Shown: positions 1-14,176, counted from the stretch's first letter. The stretch is DNA of 64,000 nt from Octopus sinensis (GCF_006345805.1 NC_043005.1:1116001-1180000); one strand, 5' to 3'. Notes: generated by a model from the letters alone, not told the origin. A program made the numbers and translations.

Positions 1-394
1 ATATCATCAAGTGTGTCCTTCCTTTTTTAATGACAGTGTGTGCTTTGGATGGAAATCTCAAAGATTTCTAGCAGGTCAAGTGGTTGAGTAAAGTGTTATT
101 AGTTGTACTTCTAGTAGTAGTAGTAGTAGTAGTAGTAGTAAAAGGTTAGCTATGATAACATAGCAACTGAAATTAATACTAAAATATTGAGGGTTGACTT
201 ATAGATCTGAAATTTACGTTGCAGTCACTAAAAGTCTGATTATACTGGAGATTTTCTGGGGGTTGTTTTTTTCAAAGTTTTGGAACATGTGGACTTTGCA
301 TGCAGGAGGCTGAGAATTTATTCCAATGGAACTTTACATCCTGTACTGACTTGAAGGTATTGTTCATTCAAAGAAGCAAGGAAATGCTGATACT

Positions 395-1181
395 CAGCAT
401 CAGTTGTAGTGTGCAAGAGAGACGTTTGAGCTGGTATGGTCATGTGGCGAGAACGGATGAAGATAGTTGTGTGAAAAAGTGCCACACCCTAGCGGTTGAG
501 TGTACCTGTGGAAGAGGTAGACCCAGGAAAACCTGGGACAAGGTGGTAAAGCATGACCTTTGAACTTTAGGTCTCACCGAGGAAATGACTAGAGACCGAG
601 ACCTTTGGAAGTATGCTGTGCGTGGGAAGACCTGGCAGGACAAGTGAGACCATAACCCGTGGCCTCTACCTCGGATGTAGCCAGTTCACTTATGCATACC
701 TTTCCTTCTTGGGACACAAAACTCTACTTGTGAAGACCTGTTGAGGCAAGTGAAAATCAAAATCGATCAACATCAATGGAAATTGTAGCTGTGATACCAG
801 TGCTGGTGACATGTAAGAGAACCATCCGAACGTGGCCGTTGCCAGCACCGCCCCGACTGGCCTCCATGCCGGTGGCACATAAAAAGCACCATCCGATTGT
901 GGCCCTTGCCAGCCTCGTCTGGCCTCCATGCCAGTGGCACGTAAAAAGCACCATCCAATTGTGGCCGTTTGCCAGCCTCCCCTGGCACCTGTGCCGGTGG
1001 CACGTAAAAAGCACCCACTACACTCACGGAGTGGTTGGCGTTAGGAAAGGCATCCAGCTGTAGAAACACTGCCAGATCAGACTGGGCCTGGTGCAGCCTT
1101 CTGGCCTCCCAGACCCCAGCTGAACCGTCCAACCCATGCTAGCATTGAAAGCGGACGTTAAACGATGATGATGATGATGAT
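395..1181 (+). mobile_element. RTE-clade LINE 3' fragment (ORF C-terminus, repetitive 3'UTR, (GAT)n tail)
   Basis: Encodes RLSWYGHVAR...GRGRPRKTW; near-identical to 18170-18930; tail at 1164-1180. Confidence 0.92.
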
Positions 1182-3329
1182 TGACTTAGATAAATATTTA
1201 ATTTCCAAGCCTTTCTTGGGCAGTGAATAACTCATAGTTTCTTCATCTTTAGCAAGTCAACCCAGAATGACAGAAAGAAAATATGAAGCGAAACCTAAAG
1301 GAATAAGTCTCTCTGCCAATGAACAGTGATTTCCCAGTTTCTATTGTTGTGCTTTTAGAGGTGGTGGTGGTGGTGGTGGTAGTACATGAACAGCTTCAAG
1401 CAGCCTAGCTAAAGCAGCCAGATTTATGGCCTGTTTGATAACATGCTCACACAAATGATAACATGTTGTATAGAGAACCACAAACATTATCCATGTCTAT
1501 GTAGTGTTTGAATCATGACAGTGTTTGGGGATCAGTATTTATGATCACATTAAAACATACATTCCTAAATCTTATTCCAATCTTTACTCTAACAACCTTT
1601 ATATTGCAAGACAATTCAAAATCTTAACAGTAATAACAACAACAGCAATATCAATTATGGCATTTTAATCTACTGTGGAATCAAATTGTAACTTTAATGA
1701 AATTCCAACTGTCTAAGAAGATAAAAACTTATAGTAATCTTTCAGCTCATCTCATAATGAAAACACAGGAAGGAAGAACCTTGGAAAAATTCATCCTAAA
1801 AGAGATGGGGGTCGGAAAAGATGGTGAAGAGCTTCTTGATTTTCGGTGCCATCCAAAGTACCAAACCAGCTACATTACAAATCCAACAGATTTCTCTGTA
1901 AGGTGGTGGTGATAAAATAAAAATCTTAATATAAATTAGGATATAGCTCTTTAACTGCATCAGTTAAAAAAAAAACAAACAAAAAAAAAACAAAGAAGAA
2001 AAACCATTAGCTACAAAAAGATTATTTTTTGTTGTGGACCGAGGGCAGTGAAAGGATTTTGGCAAACCGAGTCTGCATGCAGACATCTTCCTGTTGAAAC
2101 TGATTTATTTAAATGCTAACCAATTTTTGAGTTAAGGAGGGAGTTATTCCAGAGTTGCACAAATCTGCTAGAAATCACAACCAAATCTCTCAATATGTAA
2201 TAATCTTTGAAAAAAGGAAGGGAGACATAACTTGCTAAACATTTCTCTCAGTTCACATCCTATCATCTCAAAAATGAAAAGAGAGAGAAGGAAATGACAC
2301 GGGAAACTGGAGAGCGAAGACTGGAATGTCTCTTTCATTACTAGTCTGTTCAATCAGGACTAAATGACGACCAACTCAGAAGTTTTCAGTTCAGATCCAC
2401 TTCAGGGATTTTATAGCATTGGGAATAAGTTGAAATTGATCTGGAAATGTGCCTGTCAGTTGCTACCATCAACAATAAGGGATTCTCCATGTGGTTGAGT
2501 AGCTAGAAATAACACATAAATTTCCCTCAAATCACATACCACTGCTTCAGAAAGAAAAAAAAAATACTGACATTGAATGATGTAATCCTAATCAAACTAT
2601 TTCTGAACACAGAAGGGGATGGCATAACTGGAAGGTCTGCTCAATTAGGGTTGACCTGGGGCTAAGCAGCAACAGCAGCAGCAGAATAACTAATAATAAC
2701 CATTTCAGCTGCAGTGACGCCAGCATTGCCCCCATCTGGTCCCTTACCCTAATAAAGAATTGCTTTAAAAAGCCGGGTCACCTGCCACTTCTTTTATTGT
2801 ATTTATAAAACTCAATGCCAAATATTGACAGATATTCATTCTTGGTAACAGTAAATGGAAGATGGCAACAGTATGAAAACTAGTGATAATGGTGATGCCA
2901 GTAGTAGCCGTGTTTAGAAAATTCTTTAACTCAAAGTAAACAACAAAAGACTGTAGATTCTTGCATGTGGTTTGAGAGCAGGAACTCTTCTGAAAAGAGA
3001 GAACCCCCAACCACAGCCATTACCATTCCAAGATTGGATAAGATTTAGATTCAACAGAGACAAACTGTTAAGAAATCAGACAGTCATATTCTCTTCCCCC
3101 TCAAACACAGTTCCATTTGCCATCAATAACATTCTTAATTTAACCTAATACTATTGTTAATTGGAATGAATATCATGAAGCAATGTCAGGTGATGCAAAA
3201 AAGCAAGAATTGCAGAAGCAACACCAACTGATGTGCACTTTGTACTGCAGAGAAGCAGATGCAAACAAAATACACACATTCAATTTTTTTTATTCTCACA
3301 TGCTCCCCACCCCCCACGATAGTATCAAT

Positions 3330-3372
<43 letters not shown>

Positions 3373-3999
3373 TGAAAAGGTGTATACATCCATGTAGAAA
3401 CAAACACAAATTTATACATACATTCAGATATATGCAATCATGCCAAGTTATGCAGTGGTTCATATTCACATGCATACACATGCACAAAAGTGTACAAAAT
3501 GCATGCACATGTGTACACATTTATATGCACAAACAGTGAAGTGTGTATATATTTACTTGAATAAGGCACTGATGTGTATATGTACAAATACAAAATTTGC
3601 AGAGAAAATAAAAACAACACAACAAGAGGTAACTAAGACAACACCATACCAACATGTCTACACCAGTCTATCATATTTATATTTAGCAACCACTCAGTAG
3701 GTAAGAAGCCAAGGTTAGCAAAAATATTCTATGATATACACCATATCAACTTTCTTGTACCAGGTAAAAATGGCAGACTGTGAAAATACAAACTAAAAGA
3801 GAAAGCAACTAAAATTTTCTGATAACATTTTCTGAGAAGTAGTAAGTCGATTGCTATTTACACAAGCATATTGCTGATTGAATTTACAAGCAATTAAACC
3901 AAACATTTTGTATATATATATACAGTGCCCTGAATTGTAAAACATGTTTCAGAGCTTTTGGTTGCAAGGCAGTGTATAAGAGAAAGAATCAAAATGTCA

Positions 4000-4510
4000 T
4001 GGGTGAGATGAGTGAATGGGTGAATGATGGTGCACTTGCACCTAGTGATTCTGGCAAAAAACAAAAAAAAAAAAAGGGGGGAGGCACAAAAGTGCTACTA
4101 TGAAAAACTACTGAATATGAAGAATGCTTGGGAGAAGAATACTTTCTCAATGTGGATCCAACAGAGAGACCAGCTACATGAGTTGAGGACAGAAGCATGA
4201 TGGATAAAGCAATCAAAGATATGAAGACAAAGAAAGCTCCTCAATCATCAGGAATCACTGATGAAATGCTTACAATGTCTGGCAGGGTAGGAACTGGCCT
4301 AATTACCTGTATGGTCAGTTAGGTTGTACAGGAAGGTATTATACCCAATGACAGGTAGCAAAATTATAGTCACTATTACAAAGGTAATGGAGATACTTTA
4401 GATAGAAATAATTAGAGAGGTATCCAATTGCTGGATCAGGTCATGAAAGTTACGGGCCCAATTGATTAGGAACATAATTAACCTAGATGAGATGCAGTTT
4501 GGTTTTGCAA
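4000..4510 (+). mobile_element. Degenerate RTE LINE fragment (RT N-terminal part)
   Basis: Colinear with 16620-17100 (e.g. ctagatgagatgcagtttgg); contains stops and frameshifts. Confidence 0.8.
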
Positions 4511-5049
4511 TTTGATGTGTCAAAATGAAAGAGTGAACATCCTGTCAGTTTGGCTCTCAAAAAACCTCCCAGACTGTAACTGTTTCAATTCCATTGGAGA
4601 CAATGGTCAGTCACAAGATAATACTAAGAGTGATGTTGAAATAACAAAATTATGGAAAAAATCATCAAAACACCTTGAGAAATGCTTTTCAATAAGTAAT
4701 GGAGCCTCAAACAGAATTATAGAAACCAAGAGTGGATTTCTTAACATGGTGTTCTAGCTACCAAAATCGCCTTTGTGCAATATCAACATCAGCAAACCTC
4801 AATAAGTGGCAACCTGATCCAGATGATACAAATTAATTAACACAGGAGTTAAAACTTAATGATGTTGTCAACTATCCAGCAGGGTATGTGTTTTAGTGTG
4901 TATGCATGTGTGTGTGTATATACACACACACATGTATATAGGTATGTGTGTATGTACACACACACACAAAATAGTTATATTATCTCTTCTTATGGCTGGG
5001 TTCCAACCAGGGTCACAGCAACAAAGCCCACCCACCACACTTTTCTGAC

Positions 5050-5680
5050 TTGAGATGCATTTTCCAGGTCAGAGTCTGGGATCAAGTTGCTGATATAAGT
5101 GTGATTATATTTTCTGCTTGCTGCATCACCATGAAGTGGGGTCCAAAAGACGAATTTAGTTACTTCCAGTCCAGAGTGGTACACGCAGTGACCATATAGT
5201 TGCAGCCACTTTCGCCTGATCTTCTTGCAAACTTTCGGCAGGTGTCCTTAAAGGAAATTGCTTGTCATATGCCATTTCACATTTAGGGCCATTTCTGGCA
5301 TCCTTGTGTAGCCACCATCAAAAGCCTGTTTGATAATTTCTTTGTCAGTTGTTACGGTTATCTCTACAGGTTTTCTATAGAAAATATTGACTTAAACAGT
5401 TCAAAGCAAACAGCTCAGCATCACATGTATTCAGTTTTCTTGACATTTCTATGCAGTCCAAGTTTATCAGTTGATGTTTCTACTCTGCTGAGCAGCTGTT
5501 GAGCTTGAGCAACTTCATCAGATACAAGTGCTGTATCATCTGCAAAGTCCAGGCCTGTGATGGTTACTGCTGATACTTTCTACATTGCAGAATCCAATAC
5601 ATCTACCACCTCTCTTGACCTGGCATACTTTGGTTCTGATTCTGTTGGGAATACACTAGAAACAAGTGTTGTGGCTTAAT
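5050..5680 (-). mobile_element. Degenerate non-LTR RT fragment, second RTE-like family
   Basis: Minus strand reads ITGLDFADDTALVSDEVAQAQQLLSRVE...GLHRNVKKTEYM (FADD catalytic motif). Confidence 0.75.
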
Positions 5681-6039
5681 TGAAAAGTTATAACAATGTC
5701 CAAGTTTTCATTCTAGTATGCACTGAAGTTTCGAATTAATTTTAAATGAAGAGTTTAGGATTTACTAATTTTGATAACAACAACTATTATATAACATTAT
5801 TCTTGACTATAAGTGGCTTCCACTTTGATTAGATAACACAAGAGACTTTCTGGTATCTAGAAAAACATCAATGTGTGCCCTACTTTTCTCAGATTTCAAT
5901 ACATGTGAAAGGAGCACAGATAAATCCTTAGAAGTTAATGCTATAAGAGACATTAATGAAGATGGCTTGATTTAAATCTTTTCTTTTTTTAAAGAATGTT
6001 TGAAGATTGTTTGAACATTGGATGTATCAACTTTTATTA

Positions 6040-6185
6040 TTATTCTGCTGAGGTCGACTTTGTCTTTTGTCCTTTCAGGGTCAATAAATTAAGTACCAGT
6101 GAAACATTGGGGTCAGTGAACTCAACAAGTCCCCTCCACAAAAATTTCAGACCTTGTCACTTTAGTAGAAAGGATTACTATTATT
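6040..6185 (+). mobile_element. SINE family B, partial copy
   Basis: gaggtcgacttt...aattaagtaccagt core and (ATT)n tail. Confidence 0.75.
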
Positions 6186-6189
6186 ATTA

Positions 6190-6736
6190 TTGAGTGAGAG
6201 AGCCATCAAAGTGACACTGGGGTAAAATATATGAAGCCCAATATACCCATCATGACTACCCGTCTGATAAAGGTACACCAGGCACATGCATCACAACCAT
6301 ATATGCGCGACATGGTGATCTCATATCAAGATAAACAGCACATGACCTTGCAGGTGGGGCCCAGTTAGAATTTTCTTCAGGTTGAGTAGCCCATCCCGCT
6401 CAAAAGGTCCCTGAATAAGGGTTGTTTAAGGATGTTGAAAGAACCACCCATGTTTCCAGAGGTGAACTATTCAAACCCCAAAGAATCCCCCTCAACACAT
6501 GGCTATGATGCTCCCCCACTACTTCTGCTCGTGATCAGAGATGCACATATCGTCAGCCACTAAGGGACATGCTCAACTGGTTAAGGTCAAACAACTGACA
6601 AGCAAATCTGTGGTATTGAGCAGAATATTTGCTGTAGCCCATCTTTTATACCAAGACAAAACAATGTACATGATAACACTTCCAATCAGTTAAGATCAGA
6701 AGCCATGAGAGTCACTGCCTGGGACTGCATCAGGGC
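6190..6736 (-). mobile_element. Family C non-autonomous element (~550 bp) in a (TAA)n tract
   Basis: Homologous to 33233-33740, 50097-50533 and 50546-51037; both flanks are TAA/TAT repeats. Confidence 0.85.
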
Positions 6737-6780
6737 TATTATTATTATTATTATTATTATTTATTATTATTATTATTATT

Positions 6781-6995
6781 AAGGCAGTGAGGTGGCAGAA
6801 TCATTAGCACACCAAGCAAAATACTTAGCAGCATTTTGTCCATCTCTACGTCTGAGTTCAAATTCTACCAAGGCTGACTTTGCTTTCATCCTTTAGGGAT
6901 CAATGAATTAAGTACCAGTTGAATACTGGGGTTGATGTAATCAACTTAACCTCTCCCTCAAAATTTCAGACATTGTGCTTATAGTAGAAATGATT
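6781..6995 (+). mobile_element. SINE family B (tRNA-derived head, conserved core)
   Basis: ggcagaatcattagcac A-box-like motif, gagttcaaattc B-box, gactttgctttcatcc core. Confidence 0.8.
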
Positions 6996-7000
6996 CTCAA

Positions 7001-7925
7001 TACTTCCGCCTTAGTGAAGGCAGCGGTATTGTTTACAGTCATGTTTGTTTGTCCATGGACAAGATATCTCAAGAACTGCTGGATGGATTCAGATGAAACT
7101 TTCAGAGATGTTTGGCCTTGTGACTGGCAGGAACTGATTAGATTTGGGCATCGGTTTGGTACAGGACAAGGATTCTGGATTATTTGTTATACTGACTTTA
7201 CTTTACATGAAGTGTTACAGCCTCTGATTATCTCCCTTGAAAGCATGCTCATGCTTTCTATGTAAATCAGGGGGCATTGCTGTTTCCAAAGTTTTATTTC
7301 TGTTTCTCTATTATCAATTTTACTCACGTTTCTATCTTAGTAGAAACTGATGGATAAAGAAATCAAACTACATAAACAAACGACAGCAAAACCATTCGCA
7401 GACTAAATAACACTAACATATTTTTATAATATACATACATATTAACACTTTACAGTATACTTACATATATACATACATCTATACATTGATCTAAAACAAC
7501 AAGAATACTAAAGGAAGATTGGAATTTAATAGAAGAGAAAACCAAAAGGTCTCACGCTATTCATTTAAAAATTCCTGAGTACAACTTATTACTTCCACCT
7601 TTGAAACTATTTTGAATGGTGAATTTGTTAACTTTGGCTGGTATTAGATAAAGATAAACTATTTATTACTGTTACTAAACTTTCTACAGCCACTTTCACA
7701 TTCCATTGGGATCGATCAGGTACCGGACAAGGATTCTGGATTATTTTTCCGGTTCTTTTCCTTAATTTTTGACAGTGGTTGGGTTCATTTTTAGTATTCT
7801 CGTTTGTGAGAACAGTCGAGTTTATTTCAGATATTCTCATTTTAAAAATCCTCTCTGGCTAATTGTTGAGAGGATGTTGGTGTTGCCTTGGTGGAGGCTT
7901 GTGCTCTCTGGGCGCTCTTGCTATT
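7001..7925 (+). mobile_element. Helentron-associated (HINE/DINE-like) element or two fragments of one
   Basis: 5' cttccgcc, 3' ggtggagg followed by a small hairpin (gtgctctctgggcgc); internal 28-bp direct repeat at ~7158 and ~7719. Confidence 0.45.
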
Positions 7926-8049
7926 TATATTTTCATTTTATGTCTGTAGAATTTTGGAGTACTACACAATGTCAAGGAAATTACAAATATGATTTATACT
8001 GATGAGATGTGAAGAACTTGGTTTGTTTCTATTTACTTGGTTAAGAAAT

Positions 8050-8480
8050 CTCATGATTTCAGTTTTGGTCCTGATTCCTCCTGTACAGTTGGCAGCAAAA
8101 CGTCTCCAATAATCCCAGCTTTGAGTATAGTAGTCAGCAGTATCTTGCAAGATGATGCTAAGTTGCTTCATGCTTGCCTTCTTGGGTCTCCCTCACTTTC
8201 TTCATCCTTCTGCTGGTACCCATTGTATAGTTGTCTTGTGTATTCCTTCTTCTGACAGTTAAAAAACACCACCTGCAAATCTCATTCTTCTTTGAGCAAC
8301 AATCTCCAGCAGGTGGCACTGACTGGCTCTTCTCGGGACTTTTGAGTTTGTCACTCTGGATCTGTGGGTGATGTTGAGTATTCTGCACAGGCACCATTTG
8401 TGGGATGCTTTCATCCTGTGAATGGTTTTGGCAGCCACTTTCCAAGTGCCTTCTCTATAGACTGCTGTTGGCAAAGTGAT
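8050..8480 (-). mobile_element. Degenerate RTE-like LINE C-terminal fragment
   Basis: CLCRILNITHRSRVTNSKV...IVAQRRMRFAG...WVPAEG.RK.GRPKK resembles the RTE ORF C-terminus. Confidence 0.75.
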
Positions 8481-8659
8481 AAATTAATGGAAAACTAATT
8501 TGAAGATCATTTTGCAGTGGAAATTGATAACTACTGAATAAGAAATATGTACATTGAAGGTTATTACATATTTTTGATGTCCCTTCTAGACAATGACAAT
8601 CCAACTCAACATCAGCAATACAACTTCCTCTTGCTTTTATCTTTCTCTTTCTTTCTGTG

Positions 8660-8950
8660 TGCATGTGTGAAGGCCCCTTCAGTCATGGATGATCACGGGA
8701 TTGCACCTAGAAAGTTCTCCTCAGAGGCACAAGTTCAGGCAAGGTTGTTTATGGAAGACCAGCAGTCGTCCATGCATACCAGCCACCCCCTCTCCACCAG
8801 TGATGTTGCAACTCATTTTTACAGCTGAGTAAAGTGGAGCAATGTGAAATAGTGTCTTGCTCAAGAACACAATCCACAGTCCAGAATCGAACTCACTACA
8901 TCATTATTGTGAACCAGATGCTCTAACCACTGAGCCACATGCCTTCACAT
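8660..8950 (-). mobile_element. tRNA-derived SINE (family D)
   Basis: Minus strand: TGGCTCAGTGGTTAGAGC A-box and GAGTTCGATTC B-box. Confidence 0.7.
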
Positions 8951-9642
8951 GTGTGTGTGTGTATAGACAGACAGACAGATGGATAGATAGATATGCTAGC
9001 CTATTGATATACACCCATCTTAAAAAAAAAAAAAACAGAAATAAAAATCTCATCATCTTTATCCTCATTTTCTCTTGCTAAAGCATTGTGAAGCCCCACG
9101 ACAATCTTCTAAATGTATTCAGGGTTCCCCTTTTGAAGGAATGATTTACTGCCAGGTATTCATTCTGATGCTAACTCTTTTAGTCCCATTTTGATATAGT
9201 TTTGTGAGAATCAAAAATAAAGTCAGTTTTTAACTAGGAAGCATCAACATAGCATGATGGATGAAGTACTGGATGCAGTGCAGACAAAGTTGCCAGGTGA
9301 TAAACGTAACAGTGAACAGCTAAGCCAAGTAGCACAGTGTTAAAGCAGCAGGCAAGTCTCACCTCTTACTATTTACAACACATACATATGTGCCTAACAA
9401 CAATCTTAAAGTGGGGGAAGTTCTTTTTTTATTGTTTATTGGCTTTTAGTGCCCACTTTTCTATGCTTGCATGAGTCAGATGGAATTCATTGAGGTGGAT
9501 ACCCTTCTTGTTGCCAACCTTCACCTATTTCCAAGCAAAATATTTTCCCACATTTTCACAGAACACTGGAAAAAATGACTCAACTTGTATGATGGTCACA
9601 CTTGTCTATAATGACTGTACCTTCATGACATCAAGACAAGGA

Positions 9643-9679
<37 letters not shown>

Positions 9680-10317
9680 GGGCATGCAAACAGAGCATGA
9701 ATTTTCTGCTATAGTTCTGGGCAGACCAAATCCATTTACAAAGCTTTGGTCTGCCTGAAGTGATAATAGAAGTCACTTGCCCAAGTGCCCCAGAACTGGA
9801 CTGAATACAAAACCACTTTCAATACGGGAAGTTAAATGATACATTTTTCTTTAATGAATACAGAAAAGAGTAAGTTGGCAATAAGGGCACCATATTATAC
9901 AGCAAAGCATCTGTTTTTCTATCCTCATACAACTTAGGAAGATGGCAGAATTGGAACAGAAGTGTGTGTGTGTGTGATTGTGTGTATGTTGAATGCAGGT
10001 AGTTAAGACTGTAAGATATTTGAAAAACTTATATGGTTACCTATACGTTGCACTCAAAAAAGATCTATTAATGCCTGTTTGCTGCTGCTTTAAAATTCCC
10101 CAAATTCAAGCCCTAACAGAATTGCACGGCTCAGACTAGGAAGGTTGTTATTTATTTATTAAAAAACATCCCGATATTGCAGTGTCACATCTCGAGTTTT
10201 CTAGGATAATTCAAAAGTCATAAAACAACCAGAAGCTATGTAACCATCAGCTGAGAGGAATATCAACTCAAGTCACCTGCCTGGCTCTATTGTTATCTCT
10301 TGACCGACAAAAACATA

Positions 10318-11583
10318 AAAGGGGATACCCAAAAGTAACTGGAAATATACTTTGCGGGACAAGTCTATAGTAGTTCAGGCTTCTGCCAGTGGAAGCCACT
10401 TGATGCAACCCCTAGGCATCTTTGTTTCGCAGTGCTTCTCCCTTATTTGCCAAAATTTTGCAATGGCTAAAATGAAAGAACAGTGTGCTTCCATGAAATT
10501 CTGTTGGGGAAAATGATCAAAACAGTTGTCATGCTCCAAACAGCTTACAAGGGCACAGCCATGAGCAAAATACAAGTTTATGAGCGGTTTTCATGCTTCA
10601 GGAATGATCCCTTGTCGCCTGAAGACCAACTTTGCTCAGAGTAACTGTTGATCTCCTGAACGAATGAAAACTTTGTGTAAATTTGTGAACTAATCTTGGA
10701 GGACCATCACCAAACAACTGACAAACTTGTTGATACGACTGGTGTCTCCTGGAGCTCCTGCCAATGAATTTTGAGTGAGAAATTGCAAATGTAAAGAGTT
10801 GCAGCAAAATTTGTGCCTTGCTTGCTCATGGAAGATCAAAAGCAGTCATGACTGAATGCATGTTGTGAACTGAAAGAACAAATGGGAGTCGATCTGGACC
10901 TTTTCCAAAAGTCATCACTAGTAATGAAAGCTGGTGCTACAGCTTTGACCCAGAAACAAAACAGCAATCAAGTCAATGGAAACATTCAATGTCACCCCAC
11001 CCCAAAAGAGCACATCAAGTGAAGTCCAATGTCAAGTCACTGCTGGTTTGTTTCATCGATGAGAAAGGAATTGTCCACACAAACTTTGTTCCTCCTGGGT
11101 CAAACTGTTAAGCAGACATTTTACTTGGCAGTTCTGAAGCATTTGCAAGACACGGTGAGACGAAGACGTCCCGACCTGTGGTAAAGTGGAGAGTGGCAGT
11201 TTCATCCTGACAATGCCCCTGAGCACACTGCCTCGAGTGGGAGACAAGTTTTTGACCAAAATTGGTAGGACCCCACTTACCCACCCTCCATATTCACCCA
11301 ATCTTGCTCCCTGCAGCTCTTTTTTTGTTTTGTACCCCTGAATGAAAAAAGTCCTTAAAGGAAAACGTCTTGCAGATGTGGAGGAGATGAAGAAAAAAAC
11401 AACAGAGGAATTAAAAGACATCACTTCGTAAGAGTTCCGGGACTGCTTCAAAGAGGGAAAAATGCATCTGGACTCTGATGCATTGCTTCAAATGGCGAAT
11501 ACTTTGAAGGAAATAAAAATATAAACATGTAAAGAGAATAAAATAATACTGCAAAATAATGGTTTCGTTTGGGTAGCCCCTTG
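10318..11583 (+). mobile_element. Full-length but decayed mariner transposon
   Basis: Imperfect TIRs (aaaggggatacccaaaag / tttgggtagccccttg) with TA flanks. Frameshifted transposase remnants YSFDPETKQQSSQW, GIVHTNFVPPG and HPDNAP. Confidence 0.88.
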
Positions 11584-12464
11584 TAGACTCAGAAAAAAGA
11601 AATATTGTTTACACATCATGAATTCTGTATGCTAGGATGCCTGCAACTATGTCAATGTTGATAAACAGACAACCATATAACATTCTATGAACACAATGTT
11701 TGCACAAAACTAGAAAACAAAATGCCACTTCTCTTTTCCAAATATAAACCCACTGTAACAATATCCTCTGAAGTTCTTGATAATATCTCAATCCAGTTAA
11801 CACCATTTTAATTAAACTTCATGAAAACACCTTCAGAGTGAGAATGTTGTGAAAGGAGTTGAAGGTTAGTAAAGAATATATTCATACGAACGGATCACAC
11901 TTTTGAGATGAGGGAGCAGTCAATATTATGAAACCCAGTATGTGAGTAGTTAAATAGTGCACTTCACAATTATAAGGCTCAGGGTTCAATCCTATAGCAT
12001 GGCAAGTGTCTTTAATCATAGCACTGGGTCAAGTCTAGTTTTGTGAGTGCAACCAGGTGAGAGAGAAACTGAACTGAAGCTTTTCTAATGAAGTATGACA
12101 GTAATTGAAAGGGCCAGCCGGGCTGCACACTGGTACTGCATGCGGATTACATTAAAAGTTATGAGTTTGTGAAGCACACAGCCAGTTCAGCTGTAATCCA
12201 ATTACTAGGCAGTTCCATTGATCAATCAACTGGAAAGGTCATTACTGAGCGTGATGGGGCATCTATATTTACCATGTATGGTTTTATATGAATAACAAAT
12301 GAGTTTATAAGTATTCTACATATAAAAGTAGATATTCACATGTGTGAAGGTGGGTTATATATACACCTACAAAGGTTGAATTCACTTCATATAAAACTGA
12401 ACCCTAAATTCCAGTGCACATGTACCAAGTCTTGTCTTGATTATTTCTGCCCAAAATGTTATGG

Positions 12465-12612
12465 CAATGGCTAGCATAAGGAAGGGCATTCATCCTTAGA
12501 AACCATGCCCAATATGACATTGGAGCACAATGTAGTCCTTTGATTAATCAGTTCCTTGTCCAACTGTCCAACCCATGCAAGCATGGAACATGGACATCAA
12601 ATGATGATGATG
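12465..12612 (+). mobile_element. RTE 3' tail fragment
   Basis: aggaagggcat...caacccatgcaagcatgg...(GAT)n. Confidence 0.65.
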
Positions 12613-12639
12613 AGTGTGCAAAAGATGCTAGTATCAAGT

Positions 12640-12900
12640 TCACAAGTCATCCAAGACTGGAGTTCAGAGCCATTTGCCCTCCACAAAAATCAAGATCAGA
12701 TCTCATAACAACATCACGACACAACATTTTTACTTCAGCTGACCCTGCTTTGTTTAACATTATTCCAAAAGACCCCAAAACATGGTACCTGGACCAATTC
12801 CTCCAAGAAATACCAGACAAATCAACACCTGGATTTACCTCAGCAAACAACAGCTTCCTTCACAAAAAGACTGTGATGGCCCAAAACATGACTTAAAGAT
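12640..12900 (+). mobile_element. CR1/L2-like LINE 3' end remnant
   Basis: FTSADPALFNIIPK...LDQFLQEIPD...NNS parallels KGPQLFNILPK...FLSRVPDEP at 30040-30200. Confidence 0.6.
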
Positions 12901-14176
12901 TACACAGGGGTTGCCATTAAGTTAGACATGCTTTAGACTGATAAGGGTTAAAACCTAAGTTATGTATGTATACATGTAGGTATGTATATGAGTGTGCATA
13001 TATGTGTGTGTGTGTGTGATTGTAGCATGTGTGTGTGTGTGTGTTCATACATACACACACATACATCCACACCCACACAGCCCTCCCAAAGCAGACATTA
13101 AAGCATCAGATGTAGTCCTTGGATTTGTCAAGTTCTGTCAAACAGGCCAAGCTGGACATTAAATGATGAATAATAATTACACACACACACACACACTGTA
13201 TTCAATGGAATATTAGATGCATACCCTATTTCAGCAGTGCATATTAAGGGAAAAAACAAAATGAGTATCAGGGACAAAATTAGCTGATGGGAGGCCCAAC
13301 TTAACATACGGGAGCTGAGATGATGTTTGAGATATTTTTTGGAAAAAAAGAAAAGTGTCACTTTTATACTTTCAAATATGGTGTGTGTGTGCGTGAGTGT
13401 GTCATCATCTTATGTGAATACACACCCACAAACAATTTTATGTGTGTGTGTGTGTGCTCGTGTATATATGTGTGAAATATGCATGTGTATAGAGTTGGAA
13501 ATTATGTCTACACAGATAGGCAGAATGTGTCGAGAGGGTAGAATAATATATTTATATACAAATAACGTTAAACCATAAAAAACCTCAACGAAAATCACAT
13601 GAAGAGAGAGAGAGAAAGAGGAAAAAAGAGAAAGAGAGAAGAGAAAAGATGAGTAAATGTGAGTATGAGTCACCTGTCTTGTGTGTGTTCCCAACAAGTC
13701 AGTAGTGGCTGGAATATAATCCGAGGAAGACAGGTTCGCAACATTGACACTACCTGGTTGTGTCTATGAAGTTGGGAAACTTATGGTGAAGAGACCGAGC
13801 TAGACTTGCTTCAGTACATCTCTCTACAGAGGTTTATCTTTATTGGTGGTGGTGGTGGTAGTAGTGGTGGTGGTGGTGGTTGTGAAGATAGTGGTGTTTA
13901 GTAGATCTGATTTGAATAATGTGTTCATTAGGAGAGCAATCACTCTCTCTCCCTCTCAGTGGTAATACCTCACTTTCCATACCTCTCTCTCCCTCTTCCT
14001 CTCTCACTCTCCCTTTCCCTCTTTCTCTCTCTCGGTGGTAACACTTCACTTTCTCTCTCTCTCTCTCTTTTGCAAACACCTGCTGAGAACATTTGGTCTA
14101 TCTTTAATTTTTTCTTTCACTCACTCTCTTTATTTCTCCACTCTTTTCTTAATGTGTGTGTGTGTGTGTGCGTGTG

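Noticed and set aside
2765-2991. Acceptor-like ctctcttttcag followed by RVPALKPHARIYSLLLFTLS* and AATAAA
   Set aside because: No similarity to PTPN3/4 linker, PDZ or PTP sequence; chance cannot be excluded.
4512-4800. Possible Penelope-like fragment
   Set aside because: No GIY-YIG or RT motif could be confirmed.
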